Below are positions 1 to 8,646 of a stretch of DNA of 64,000 bases, piece by piece. How positions within the stretch are numbered: position 1 is the first letter of the stretch; each line of letters begins with the position of its first letter. Made by a program: the position numbers and the translations under genes. This DNA comes from Candidatus Bathyarchaeia archaeon (lineage in GTDB: Archaea > Thermoproteota > Bathyarchaeia > Bathyarchaeales > Bathycorpusculaceae), in NCBI GenBank assembly GCA_038883655.1, contig JAVZLQ010000001.1:288001-352000 (forward strand), written 5' to 3'. Under the pieces are notes generated by a model. That model was not told where the DNA came from. It did not search any database and was given only the letters and a program-made list of their open reading frames with translations.

Positions 1-1791
1 CAAAACCTTTCCTTCTTCCTCGTTTTCGCCGAGTAGGTTAAGCTCCTTGGCTACTGCGACAGCTGTTAGTTTGTGGTCTCCAGTAACCATTACAACGCGG
101 ATTCCAGCCTTTTTGCATATGTAGATTGCTTCTTTCACTTCTTCGCGTGGTGGGTCAATCATTCCCATGATTCCAACAAAAGTTAAGTCGTTCTCGATTT
201 TTTCGTCAAATTTTGTTGTTGATTCTGGTAGTTCCTTAAAAGCGAAGCCCAAATTGCGTAGCGCTTGCTTTGCCATTGCCTCGTTAATCTTAAGTATTTT
301 TGTTTTGTCCTCTTCCGTTATTTTCCGTATCTTTCCATTTTTCAAGATTTTCGTGCATTTTTCCAAAACTATTTCTGGCGCACCTTTTACGAAAGCTATT
401 TTTCTTTTTCCAGAAGCCAAATGAACGGTTGTCATGCGTTTCCTTTCAGAAGAAAATGGAACTTCACCTATTCGTGGGGTTTCCTTTTCAAGCTCCTCTT
501 TCCACAAACCCGCCTTTGCAGCAGCCACAACTAATGCTCCTTCCGTTGGATCTCCTTTAATAGTCCATCTGTCGCCAGCTTTCTCCAGCTTTGCATCATT
601 ACATAAAGTTGCAATTTTTAATAACGTGACAAGTTCATCCTCTTTTGCTGGGTCAATTTTCTTGTCTTCAAAAATGAATTCGCCCTCTGGTTGGTAGCCA
701 ACTCCAGAAACTTTTATCAACTTATCATTTATGTATATGCGCTGTACTGTCATCTCGCCTTTAGTCATCGTTCCAGTCTTATCAGCGCATATAACGCTCG
801 TGCATCCAAGGGTTTCAACGGCTGGAAGTTTTCTAACGATGCTGTTGACTTTTGCCATTCTGTAAACGCCAACTGCCAAAGCTCCAGTCACTATTGCTGG
901 TAGGGCTTCTGGCACAGCTGCCACAGCTAGGCTTACGCCCCACATAACCATGTGTAGAATGTCTTCTCCCTTCACGATTATTCCGACAGCTGCCACTAGT
1001 AGGCAGATGGCAACGCATAGAATTCCAAGCCATTTTCCAACAGAAGCCATCCGCTTTTCGAGTGGAGTTTCCTCTTCCTCTGTTACTTGAACCATTTTGG
1101 CTATTTTCCCAAATTCCGTGCTCATTCCAGTCGCTGTTACAACGGCTTTTCCGCGACCATAAACTACGGCTGTTCCAGTAAAAACCATGTTCGCTCTGTC
1201 TGAAAGCCCAACGTTTTCTGGCAGCGGGTTAACATCCTTATTTACTGGCGTGGATTCTCCAGTTAAAGGCGCCTCGTCCATCTTTAGGTTGACTGCCTCT
1301 ATAAGCCGCCCATCCGCTGGAACCTTATCGCCTGTATATAATAGTATTATGTCGCCTGGTACAATCTCACTTGCTTGAACCTTAACCTCTTTTCCATCAC
1401 GGAGAACCATTGCTGTCGGCGCAGTCATCTTTTTTAAGGCTTCTATGGCCTTTTCCGAACGGTATTCCTCAACGAATCCTAGTCCAGCGCTTGCTATGAC
1501 TATGGCGAAAATCACGATTGCTTCGTAGATTTCCTCCATGGAGTTTTGGATTATGGCTATGCCTATGGAAAGGAACATGGCTATTAACAGTATTATTATG
1601 AGTATGTCGGCAAACTGCTCTAGGAAAAGCATTATTGGCGATTTTCGCTTTTCCTCCTTCAACTCGTTCGGCCCATATTCCTGTAGACGCTTTTGCACTT
1701 CTTCTCGGGTTAAGCCGTTCTCCGAAGTGTTCAGAGCCTTCATAACCTCTTCAATTTCCATTGCATGCCAAGGCTTCGACGTTTTTCCCAC
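1..1791 (-). CDS. P-type cation-transporting ATPase (type IIA/Ca2+-like), runs off the left edge
   Basis: Absent from the ORF track (no stop in window). Manual minus-strand translation from GTG at 1791 gives GPNEL, PEALP, the CADKTGT phosphorylation motif, KGAPE and MVTGDH. Confidence 0.93.
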   Translation of the reverse strand, partial: MGKTSKPWHAMEIEEVMKALNTSENGLTREEVQKRLQEYGPNELKEEKRKSPIMLFLEQFADILIIILLIAMFLSIGIAIIQNSMEEIYEAIVIFAIVIASAGLGFVEEYRSEKAIEALKKMTAPTAMVLRDGKEVKVQASEIVPGDIILLYTGDKVPADGRLIEAVNLKMDEAPLTGESTPVNKDVNPLPENVGLSDRANMVFTGTAVVYGRGKAVVTATGMSTEFGKIAKMVQVTEEEETPLEKRMASVGKWLGILCVAICLLVAAVGIIVKGEDILHMVMWGVSLAVAAVPEALPAIVTGALAVGVYRMAKVNSIVRKLPAVETLGCTSVICADKTGTMTKGEMTVQRIYINDKLIKVSGVGYQPEGEFIFEDKKIDPAKEDELVTLLKIATLCNDAKLEKAGDRWTIKGDPTEGALVVAAAKAGLWKEELEKETPRIGEVPFSSERKRMTTVHLASGKRKIAFVKGAPEIVLEKCTKILKNGKIRKITEEDKTKILKINEAMAKQALRNLGFAFKELPESTTKFDEKIENDLTFVGIMGMIDPPREEVKEAIYICKKAGIRVVMVTGDHKLTAVAVAKELNLLGENEEEGKVL

Positions 1792-1948
1792 CCCAACTAG
1801 TTTAATATAGTCTCTATTCTGTGGAGTCTCTTTGGTTATATCTTTTTCTCATTAAAAACTGGCTGTTGGCAAATAAGTTTATAAGCAATTTTGTTAAAAC
1901 TACAGACGTTTAAACATAGAAGCGAACGCTAAACGGAGGAAGAAAAAC

Positions 1949-4030
1949 ATGATATGGCTCATAGCTCCAATATCCGCTTTAATATCAATCCTCGTCGGAA
2001 TCTACTTCTACTACTACGTGGAAAAACAGGACAGCGGAACAAAACGCATGCAAGAAATTGCCGCTGCAATAAAAGAGGGTGCAGACGCATTTCTTAGACG
2101 CGAATACACGACGCTGGCAATGTTCGTGGTTGTTGTGGCGGTGCTACTATGCATATTCTTGCCAACACCAATATGGACTGCAGATGCTGATCCATTAAGA
2201 AATATTCAGTTGACATTCGCGTATGTTTTCGGCTCTTTTTGCTCAGCCATGGCTGGATACTTAGGCTTAAACGTGGCGACCAAAGCCAACCTCAAAGCCG
2301 CAAGCGCATCACGAGAAGGACTGAACAAGGCTTTCCCGATAGGCTTTCGCGGCGGAGCAGTGATGGGATTAGCCGTTGTGGGTTTAGGCTTGCTTGGAAT
2401 AAGCATTGTTTACTGGATTACTGGAGAGCCCGAAATAGTTTTGGGCTACAGCTTCGGCGCAAGCTCACTCGCACTTTTCGCCAAGGCAGGCGGAGGAATT
2501 TACACAAAAACAGCTGACATAAGCGCAGACCTTGTCGGCAAGGTGGAACTTGGAATTCCAGAAGATGACCCAAGAAACCCAGCGGTAATCGCGGACAACG
2601 TTGGCGACAACGTTGGCGACGTTGCTGGAATGGGCGCAGACTTGTTCGACTCTTACGTGGCAAGCATAGTGGCGGTAATGATTTTAGGAGAGGCAATAGA
2701 CCTGCTAATTTCTGGTTCCATAGGAACGTATACGATAATCCCGCTTGTTTTTGCCGGTTTGGGTATAATAGCCGCGGTTCTAGGCGCATTAACGGTCAGG
2801 GTTGGTAGACAAGGTAACCCTGGAAGAGCCCTTAATATGGGCACATACATAACATGTATAATCTTCGCAATTCTAACCTTCATAGCGTCTACATATCTGG
2901 AATACGATTATAGGATATGGGGTGCAACAATAGTAGGCCTAATAGCAGGCGTAATAATCGGTATGACATCCGACTATTTTACGTCTGAAGATAAACCACC
3001 AGTTAAGAAAACGGCTGAAGCATCGCTAACTGGCACGGCGACAAACATTATAACTGGCTTTTCATACGGCTTGCACAGCGTCTTCCCACCACTCATAGGA
3101 ATCGGCGTAGCATCAGCAGTTGCTTACATGTTGTGCCTACCACTCGGCGCCAAATTCGCCTTGTACGGCATCGGCATGGCTGCGGTTGGCATGCTCTCGA
3201 TAGTTGGTCTGATAGTTTCAAATGATGCTTACGGTCCAATAGTTGATAACTCAAGAGGCATAGCAATGCAAGCAGGACTAAGCGAAGATGTGATAAAAGT
3301 GACAGATGAAATGGACGCTGCTGGAAACACAGCCAAAGCGATAACAAAGGGGTTCGCTATAGGCGCGGCAGGACTAACAGTGATCGCCTTATTGGCGGCA
3401 TTCCAAGAAAGAGCCCAAAGCGCTGGAGTAAACCCATCATTTAACCTCATGAACCCGCTGGTTTTGTTGGGCGCATTAATCGGCATAGCCATGCCAGCGG
3501 TATTCTCAGCTATGGTAATGCTCGGCGTTGGTAGAAACGCCTTCCGTATGATTGAAGAAATTAGGCGACAATTTAACGAAATTCCAGGCTTAAGAGAAGG
3601 GAAGGAAGGCGTAAAACCAGATTATGCCCGTTGCGTTGACATCGCGACTGTTGGTGCATTGAAGGAGCTTATGCCAGCAAGCATAGTAGCCATCGGAGTA
3701 ACGCTAATTGTCGGTTTCGTCGGCGGCATCGAAGCCCTAGGCGGATACTTGGCTGGAACAATATTCTCTGGCTTGCTCTTTGCTTTGCTTATGGCTAACG
3801 CTGGAGGCTTATGGGACAACGCTAAAAAGCTAATAGAATCTGGAGAGCACGGCGGAAAAGGCTCAGAAGCCCACAAAGCAGCGGTTGTAGGCGACACCGT
3901 AGGCGACCCGTTCAAGGACACTGCTGGGCCATCATTAAACACGATGATAACAGTCATGTCGCTTGTGGCATCACTGTTCGCAGTGTTAATCGCAAACAAC
4001 AACCTACTACACTTGTTGGGCATAGCATAA
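1949..4030 (+). CDS. hppA: Membrane-bound ion-translocating pyrophosphatase, K+-independent type
   Basis: GGGIYTK..D..ADLVGKVE, EDDPRNPAVIADNVGDNVGD and GDTVGDPFKD motifs; GNTAKA has Lys at the K+-dependence position; many TM helices. Confidence 0.97.
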   Translation: MIWLIAPISALISILVGIYFYYYVEKQDSGTKRMQEIAAAIKEGADAFLRREYTTLAMFVVVVAVLLCIFLPTPIWTADADPLRNIQLTFAYVFGSFCSAMAGYLGLNVATKANLKAASASREGLNKAFPIGFRGGAVMGLAVVGLGLLGISIVYWITGEPEIVLGYSFGASSLALFAKAGGGIYTKTADISADLVGKVELGIPEDDPRNPAVIADNVGDNVGDVAGMGADLFDSYVASIVAVMILGEAIDLLISGSIGTYTIIPLVFAGLGIIAAVLGALTVRVGRQGNPGRALNMGTYITCIIFAILTFIASTYLEYDYRIWGATIVGLIAGVIIGMTSDYFTSEDKPPVKKTAEASLTGTATNIITGFSYGLHSVFPPLIGIGVASAVAYMLCLPLGAKFALYGIGMAAVGMLSIVGLIVSNDAYGPIVDNSRGIAMQAGLSEDVIKVTDEMDAAGNTAKAITKGFAIGAAGLTVIALLAAFQERAQSAGVNPSFNLMNPLVLLGALIGIAMPAVFSAMVMLGVGRNAFRMIEEIRRQFNEIPGLREGKEGVKPDYARCVDIATVGALKELMPASIVAIGVTLIVGFVGGIEALGGYLAGTIFSGLLFALLMANAGGLWDNAKKLIESGEHGGKGSEAHKAAVVGDTVGDPFKDTAGPSLNTMITVMSLVASLFAVLIANNNLLHLLGIA

Positions 4031-4095
4031 AATCAAAATTCAAATCTCTACCATTTTTTATGAAGCAAACATCTGTAAAATAGTAGTATACTCTA

Positions 4096-4183
4096 TGGCG
4101 CCGGGAGTGGGATTCGAACCCACGCGGCCCAAAAGGGCCACAGGCTCTCAAGGCCTGCGCGTTATCCACTCCGCCATCCCGGC
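4096..4183 (-). tRNA. tRNA-Ser(TGA), genomically encoded CCA
   Basis: Reverse complement folds as a cloverleaf: acceptor GCCGGGA/TCCCGGC, anticodon stem CAGGC/GCCTG with loop CT-TGA-GA, long variable arm, GTTCGAATC T-loop, discriminator G then CCA. Confidence 0.96.
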
Positions 4184-4506
4184 GTGTCTGAAGATTAGGC
4201 TTTTTTATTCTAAAATGTTTCCATTCTGTTCGGAAATTTAAATAAGCTGCATGTATTAAGTTGAAAACTTCTTTCAAATAAAACGGAAACACTTTATTTG
4301 AGAATTTTAAGATCAGTTTCAAATAACTGTGAGTTGTTATATAGAATCTCTGGGAAAATGAAAGAAGTTCATGCCGTGACTTACAATTTATGTAGAAATT
4401 AACAACCAATTTCAAGTTTTGTTTAGCCTTCGAACCTAATTTGCATCGAGAGCAAGTTTAAAATCTAGAGGGGGAGGGTCACTATTGGCCGTTTTCACAA
4501 CCAAAA

Positions 4507-4992
4507 TTATGGAGAAATCATATGTGACTTGTAGAGTTTCAAGTATTTCTCTGTTGTTGGGAATATTGCCTTAACTCTTTCTCGGCGTTTTTTTGCGTTT
4601 ATAGCGTTTTCCAGCATTGTATAGGATCTTGGTGTGCTGAATTTTTCTGTTTCGCCGTTATCTCTTTTACGCGTGACTTTGATGCAGTCGTCTACGATAC
4701 AGTTTATGACGCATGCGCCGCAGTATATGCAAAGTTCTTCTGTTATGCCTACCTCGCCGCTTTTCCAGTATAGAGCATTTGTTGGACAAGCCTTAATGCA
4801 GAGTTTGCATTCCACGCCTTTGCATGTTCGCTTGTTTATGGATACTTCTCCTTCGACGAAAAACTCTTTTACTTTAAGCGGTGCCAAGAGTTCTTGTCTA
4901 CGCTTCCTTTTCGCCTTTTCCGCGGTTTCGGTTAGGGCTTTGAATATATCAATGTTTTGCGCCTTGCCAGTTTTTCCCCGCATTTGTTTCAT
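4507..4992 (-). CDS. 4Fe-4S dicluster (ferredoxin-domain) protein
   Basis: CKGVECKLCIKACP and CIYCGACVINC clusters. Confidence 0.85.
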   Translation of the reverse strand: MKQMRGKTGKAQNIDIFKALTETAEKAKRKRRQELLAPLKVKEFFVEGEVSINKRTCKGVECKLCIKACPTNALYWKSGEVGITEELCIYCGACVINCIVDDCIKVTRKRDNGETEKFSTPRSYTMLENAINAKKRRERVKAIFPTTEKYLKLYKSHMISP

Positions 4993-5155
4993 CTTTGAGT
5001 TAAATTGCGGTTAAGGAAGGTATAATCTATAACGGTCATGAATTATAACTATTTACTAAAAATAAAGATGTAGGATTCATTTTGGATGGTGAAAGGCAAG
5101 GGACGAAACTTATAACTTGGTTAAGCACAATTTATCGTTGAGAGGTGAAAGGGCA

Positions 5156-5335
5156 ATGTGCGAATTCGCAGTTATCCTTGATGGAAAGACCGTTTTCAAA
5201 GATGTTATTTACGCAAAAATGGAAAGCAACAGTATAACACTAAAAAATGTTCTAGGCGAAACTAAAACTATCAAAAACTGCAAAATAATCGAGGTTGACG
5301 TAAACTCAACACGCCTGGTTCTGGCAAAAGCCTAA
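5156..5335 (+). CDS. cooT: CooT-family small nickel-binding protein
   Basis: 59 aa starting MCE; D/N-VLGE..I....I.EVD pattern; AGGTGA SD upstream of ATG 5156. Confidence 0.72.
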   Translation: MCEFAVILDGKTVFKDVIYAKMESNSITLKNVLGETKTIKNCKIIEVDVNSTRLVLAKA

Positions 5336-6165
5336 AAGCCAACAGACATCACAGCAAAACCAGCTGCTAAACCAAAAAATATTGGAAAAGGCAGTCCTGG
5401 AAACATCTCATTCTCCTCCACTATCTCGAAGGTCAAGAGGCAACCAGCCAAAATACCCACAATAGAGGCTATGCAAGAGTTCAAGCCTAAACTTAACATG
5501 TGCCCAGAAAGCATAGAATAAAACGTTAGGTCTCCCAAACCCATTTGGATGTCCCTAAAATAGAAGCTTAAGCCCTTGAGCTGGTCTAAGCCGCTGTGGG
5601 CGATTTTGCCAACGGGTCCGTGATAAACGGCGAATGCATCATAAACCGCTAAAAAGCTTAGTATGAGCACTGTGCTGAGCGTTGGTATAGATATTCCCAG
5701 AAAGGCGCCTAAAGCTCCGCCCAAACCCAAAATAGCCACGTTAGCTGCTGTGCTTTTATTTCTAAAGATCGCAAAGTCCCCCATAAACGTTATAAGAGCA
5801 GCCAACGCCAGCACCAAAGCGTCCATTTTGTAAACTATGAATTTCGCGAAAAATGCTGAAAGGTACATGTACGAAAATGTGAAGAAGGCGGTTGTTAAAG
5901 CGAACCCGATAATCCAATTTATCAATCTCCGATTTTTTCTCTTAACAAGGATGTATAGGAATCCAGCACCAACCCCTACTAGAGCAACGAAATAGGCGGC
6001 GTTGCCAACAGAGCCAATACCCTCCTCGAAGGGTATAATTATGTAAATTTCTAATGGGGAGGTTAAAAGCAGAAAAGCGCAAAAAACGCCGAAAATTAAA
6101 CTGGCGAGAAGGGGCGCTAAAGTTAAAATTTTCGCCTTAGGCTCAGCTTTCAATTTTTCATCCAC
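5332..6165 (-). CDS. Presenilin-family intramembrane aspartyl protease (A22)
   Basis: YD (LAVYDAFAV), GLGD (MGLGDLTFYS) and PxLP (PGLPFPI) motifs; about 9 TM segments. Confidence 0.9.
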   Translation of the reverse strand: MDEKLKAEPKAKILTLAPLLASLIFGVFCAFLLLTSPLEIYIIIPFEEGIGSVGNAAYFVALVGVGAGFLYILVKRKNRRLINWIIGFALTTAFFTFSYMYLSAFFAKFIVYKMDALVLALAALITFMGDFAIFRNKSTAANVAILGLGGALGAFLGISIPTLSTVLILSFLAVYDAFAVYHGPVGKIAHSGLDQLKGLSFYFRDIQMGLGDLTFYSMLSGHMLSLGLNSCIASIVGILAGCLLTFEIVEENEMFPGLPFPIFFGLAAGFAVMSVGF

Positions 6166-6171
6166 ACATGG

Positions 6172-6708
6172 TTAGATGTTATTGATTTTCATTTGGCATT
6201 TGTTACAGAATAAACTTTGCTTTCTGTCGGTTTCGAAAATGGAATTGGAAAAGTACATGACACAGAAAGGGTTAAGACAATGCGTTAAACCAAACGTGTG
6301 CCCCAACTCATGCACAGCCTCTTTAGTTGCGCGCTCAACGAGAAGCTCCATGCTTTGTTTTTCTCCGTAAAACTCAGGCTTAAGCCTAAACAGCGAAATA
6401 AGTGCAGTCCTTCCGGGGCATTCAGCCTCTCCGAAAACAAAATTTAACTCTGGAACAAAAATGTCTATGTCTGTTACTCCCAAAACACGGTCAAAGACCT
6501 TCACTTTTTCCACGTAGGCACGTATTTGCCTTAAAATGAGGTCTGAGCGATGTTGCTCGCGCACTTTGTCGTAGGCTTCGCTTGGAACAGATAAAATTTC
6601 GCTTATCAATGCGCATTTTGCTTTTGGAAAGGCTATTCTCAAGTTTTCAACTACCCTCTCTACAACTTCGCTGTCTACTTCGCCAACACGTAATATCCCG
6701 ATTTTCAT
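6172..6708 (-). CDS. amzA: Archaemetzincin Zn-metalloprotease (M54)
   Basis: HELGHTFGLTHC...CVM and a C-terminal CxxC. Confidence 0.93.
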   Translation of the reverse strand: MKIGILRVGEVDSEVVERVVENLRIAFPKAKCALISEILSVPSEAYDKVREQHRSDLILRQIRAYVEKVKVFDRVLGVTDIDIFVPELNFVFGEAECPGRTALISLFRLKPEFYGEKQSMELLVERATKEAVHELGHTFGLTHCLNPFCVMYFSNSIFETDRKQSLFCNKCQMKINNI

Positions 6709-6717
6709 ATTCCCACT

Positions 6718-7974
6718 TTAAACCTCAAAAACGTCGCCAGCTCTTGGAGCAACTGCTTCTAATTCAAGCTCGCTCCTAACCCACTTAGCGAAAAGTTCGC
6801 AATTTCCCTCTGCACCATGAACCACATAGATTTTTGGTTTTCCACCAAGGCTTTTCACAGCCTCTTTAAGTTGACTTGCCCCACAATGAGATGAAAAATC
6901 AAAATGCTCAACCCTCGCCTTGACTTTCCGCATTTTACCATCAATTAAACATACTCCCTTCTCCAAAAGCTCTCTGCCAGGGGTTCCGGGAATCTGATAG
7001 CTAACAAGAAAAATTGCGTTTTGAGACTTTTTGCCAACTTTCGAAATGTAAAAAACAGCTGGACCGCCCTTAAGCATGCCCGCGGGCGCAATTATAACGC
7101 CAGGCGTTTTTGTTGCTTTTCTTCTGTCTCTCCATCCCTCAACCCAGTCGGCGGCGTGCATGGCATCAACAAAAAGTTTTGGGTCTCTCAAAAACTCCTT
7201 ATAGTTCATCATGATTTTGCTTGCTTCCCGCGCCATCCCATCAATCGTTACAGTATATTCAAAATGGTGTGCCGCTAGAATGCATGCTATTTCCTGCGAT
7301 CTGCCAACGCCGAACGCTGGAACAAGCACAGTTCCTCCCCTCTCAACAACGTCTGTTACTTCTTCCACAAATTTTCTCTCCAATTCCCGTCTTTCTGGGT
7401 GATCTTCATTCGCGTATGTGCTTTCAATTATTACGGCATCCAAGTCTTCATAGTCCATTTTTGCCCCTTCCAGAAGCCTCGTATCTATGGTGTTGAAGTC
7501 TCCAGTGTAAAGGAGCCTTTTTCCATCAGCCTCTATTAGTATTTGCGCACTTCCAGGCGTATGCCCAGCATTTAATAGTTGGATTTTCATGTCTCCTATT
7601 TCCTCTTCAACGCCAAAATCTAGATGCTTGTTGCTTCTCGTCATTGACCTTAACTCGAGATATTCATAGGGCAAGTAATAGCTTGAGAGGTGTATGAAAT
7701 CTGAAATTAGGAGCTGTGTTAATTCGAGGTTTAGCTTATTTGTGTATAGGAGTTTTTTGCCGTGAATGTAAAATATTGGTACAGCTCCAGAATGGTCTAG
7801 GTGGCTGTGCGTCAAAATTATGGCGTCAACTTCCTTTGGCGGTATGTGCATGGGAAAACCTGGTTCATGGTTTAGCATTACTCCACAGTCTAGCAATACT
7901 TGTTTCTTTTCGGTTTTTACTGCTATGGCTATTCTGCCAACTTCACGTGTTCCGCCCAGAAATTTAATCTGCAA
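6718..7974 (-). CDS. Beta-CASP metallo-beta-lactamase ribonuclease without KH domains (aCPSF2-like)
   Basis: THSHLDHSG, AGHTPGS, YTGDF, ESTY, PAFGVGRSQE, FSSH, VHG motifs. Confidence 0.9.
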   Translation of the reverse strand: MQIKFLGGTREVGRIAIAVKTEKKQVLLDCGVMLNHEPGFPMHIPPKEVDAIILTHSHLDHSGAVPIFYIHGKKLLYTNKLNLELTQLLISDFIHLSSYYLPYEYLELRSMTRSNKHLDFGVEEEIGDMKIQLLNAGHTPGSAQILIEADGKRLLYTGDFNTIDTRLLEGAKMDYEDLDAVIIESTYANEDHPERRELERKFVEEVTDVVERGGTVLVPAFGVGRSQEIACILAAHHFEYTVTIDGMAREASKIMMNYKEFLRDPKLFVDAMHAADWVEGWRDRRKATKTPGVIIAPAGMLKGGPAVFYISKVGKKSQNAIFLVSYQIPGTPGRELLEKGVCLIDGKMRKVKARVEHFDFSSHCGASQLKEAVKSLGGKPKIYVVHGAEGNCELFAKWVRSELELEAVAPRAGDVFEV

Positions 7975-8027
7975 CCATACTCATCCTTTTCATTCCGACT
8001 AACGCACTAATCATGCATATTTCTATT

Positions 8028-8642
8028 TTAAAAATGTATTGACCTCCCAGCTGAAGAAGAAACCCTAACAAGCCCACCTTTAATCGCCCTCAAAACCTCG
8101 TCAACATCGAGTGCAGCTTGAACTTCTGTGTAGGCGGTCCACAACTCCTCAACAGAATGTGCGTCGCTTCCAGCAATGCCCGGCAAGCCCATCGTTTTAG
8201 CCAAGTTTTCAGCTAACTTGTTCACAGCCGGCGACGAAACACCGTTTAAAACTTCTATGGCGTCAACCGGATAGCCTTTAGCTGAATCGCCTAAACCATA
8301 AGCCCTGTACGGATGGGCAACAATCACTAAACCGCCATTTTGCTGTGCAAAGTCAATAACTTCCCTAACAGTCCAAGGCTGTGGCGGAAACTCTTCAACG
8401 CCTAAAACTATTAGGTCCCCTTCAGTTGTAGACACCTCGACGCCCGGAATTATTAGAATGTCTTGGTATGCTCGTGCTAATTCGCGAACTTTATAGTATC
8501 CTTCAACCGTGTTGTGGTCTGTTATTGCTACTGCCTTTATGAATGGATGTGCATAAAGCTTTTCAACTATTGTTTTTGGGTGGATTGAGGCGTCAAACGA
8601 GTAATTCGTGTGAACGTGCAGGTCAGCCGCTATCAATCTCAC
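8028..8642 (-). CDS. PHP-domain phosphoesterase
   Basis: DLHVHT, ITDHN, AHP, GSDAH. Confidence 0.9.
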   Translation of the reverse strand: MRLIAADLHVHTNYSFDASIHPKTIVEKLYAHPFIKAVAITDHNTVEGYYKVRELARAYQDILIIPGVEVSTTEGDLIVLGVEEFPPQPWTVREVIDFAQQNGGLVIVAHPYRAYGLGDSAKGYPVDAIEVLNGVSSPAVNKLAENLAKTMGLPGIAGSDAHSVEELWTAYTEVQAALDVDEVLRAIKGGLVRVSSSAGRSIHF

Positions 8643-8646
8643 CCAC

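Noticed and set aside
4096-4183. Long-variable-arm tRNA as possible tRNA-Sec
   Set aside because: The anticodon is UGA (reads UCA, Ser), not UCA, and the acceptor/T stems are canonical 7/5.
3954-4415. 153-aa minus-strand ORF
   Set aside because: Overlaps the tRNA and the hppA end, and has no motifs; spurious.
4184-4506. Possible replication origin (AT-rich, TTCC..GGAAA, G-string)
   Set aside because: No repeated ORB elements and no cdc6/orc1 nearby.
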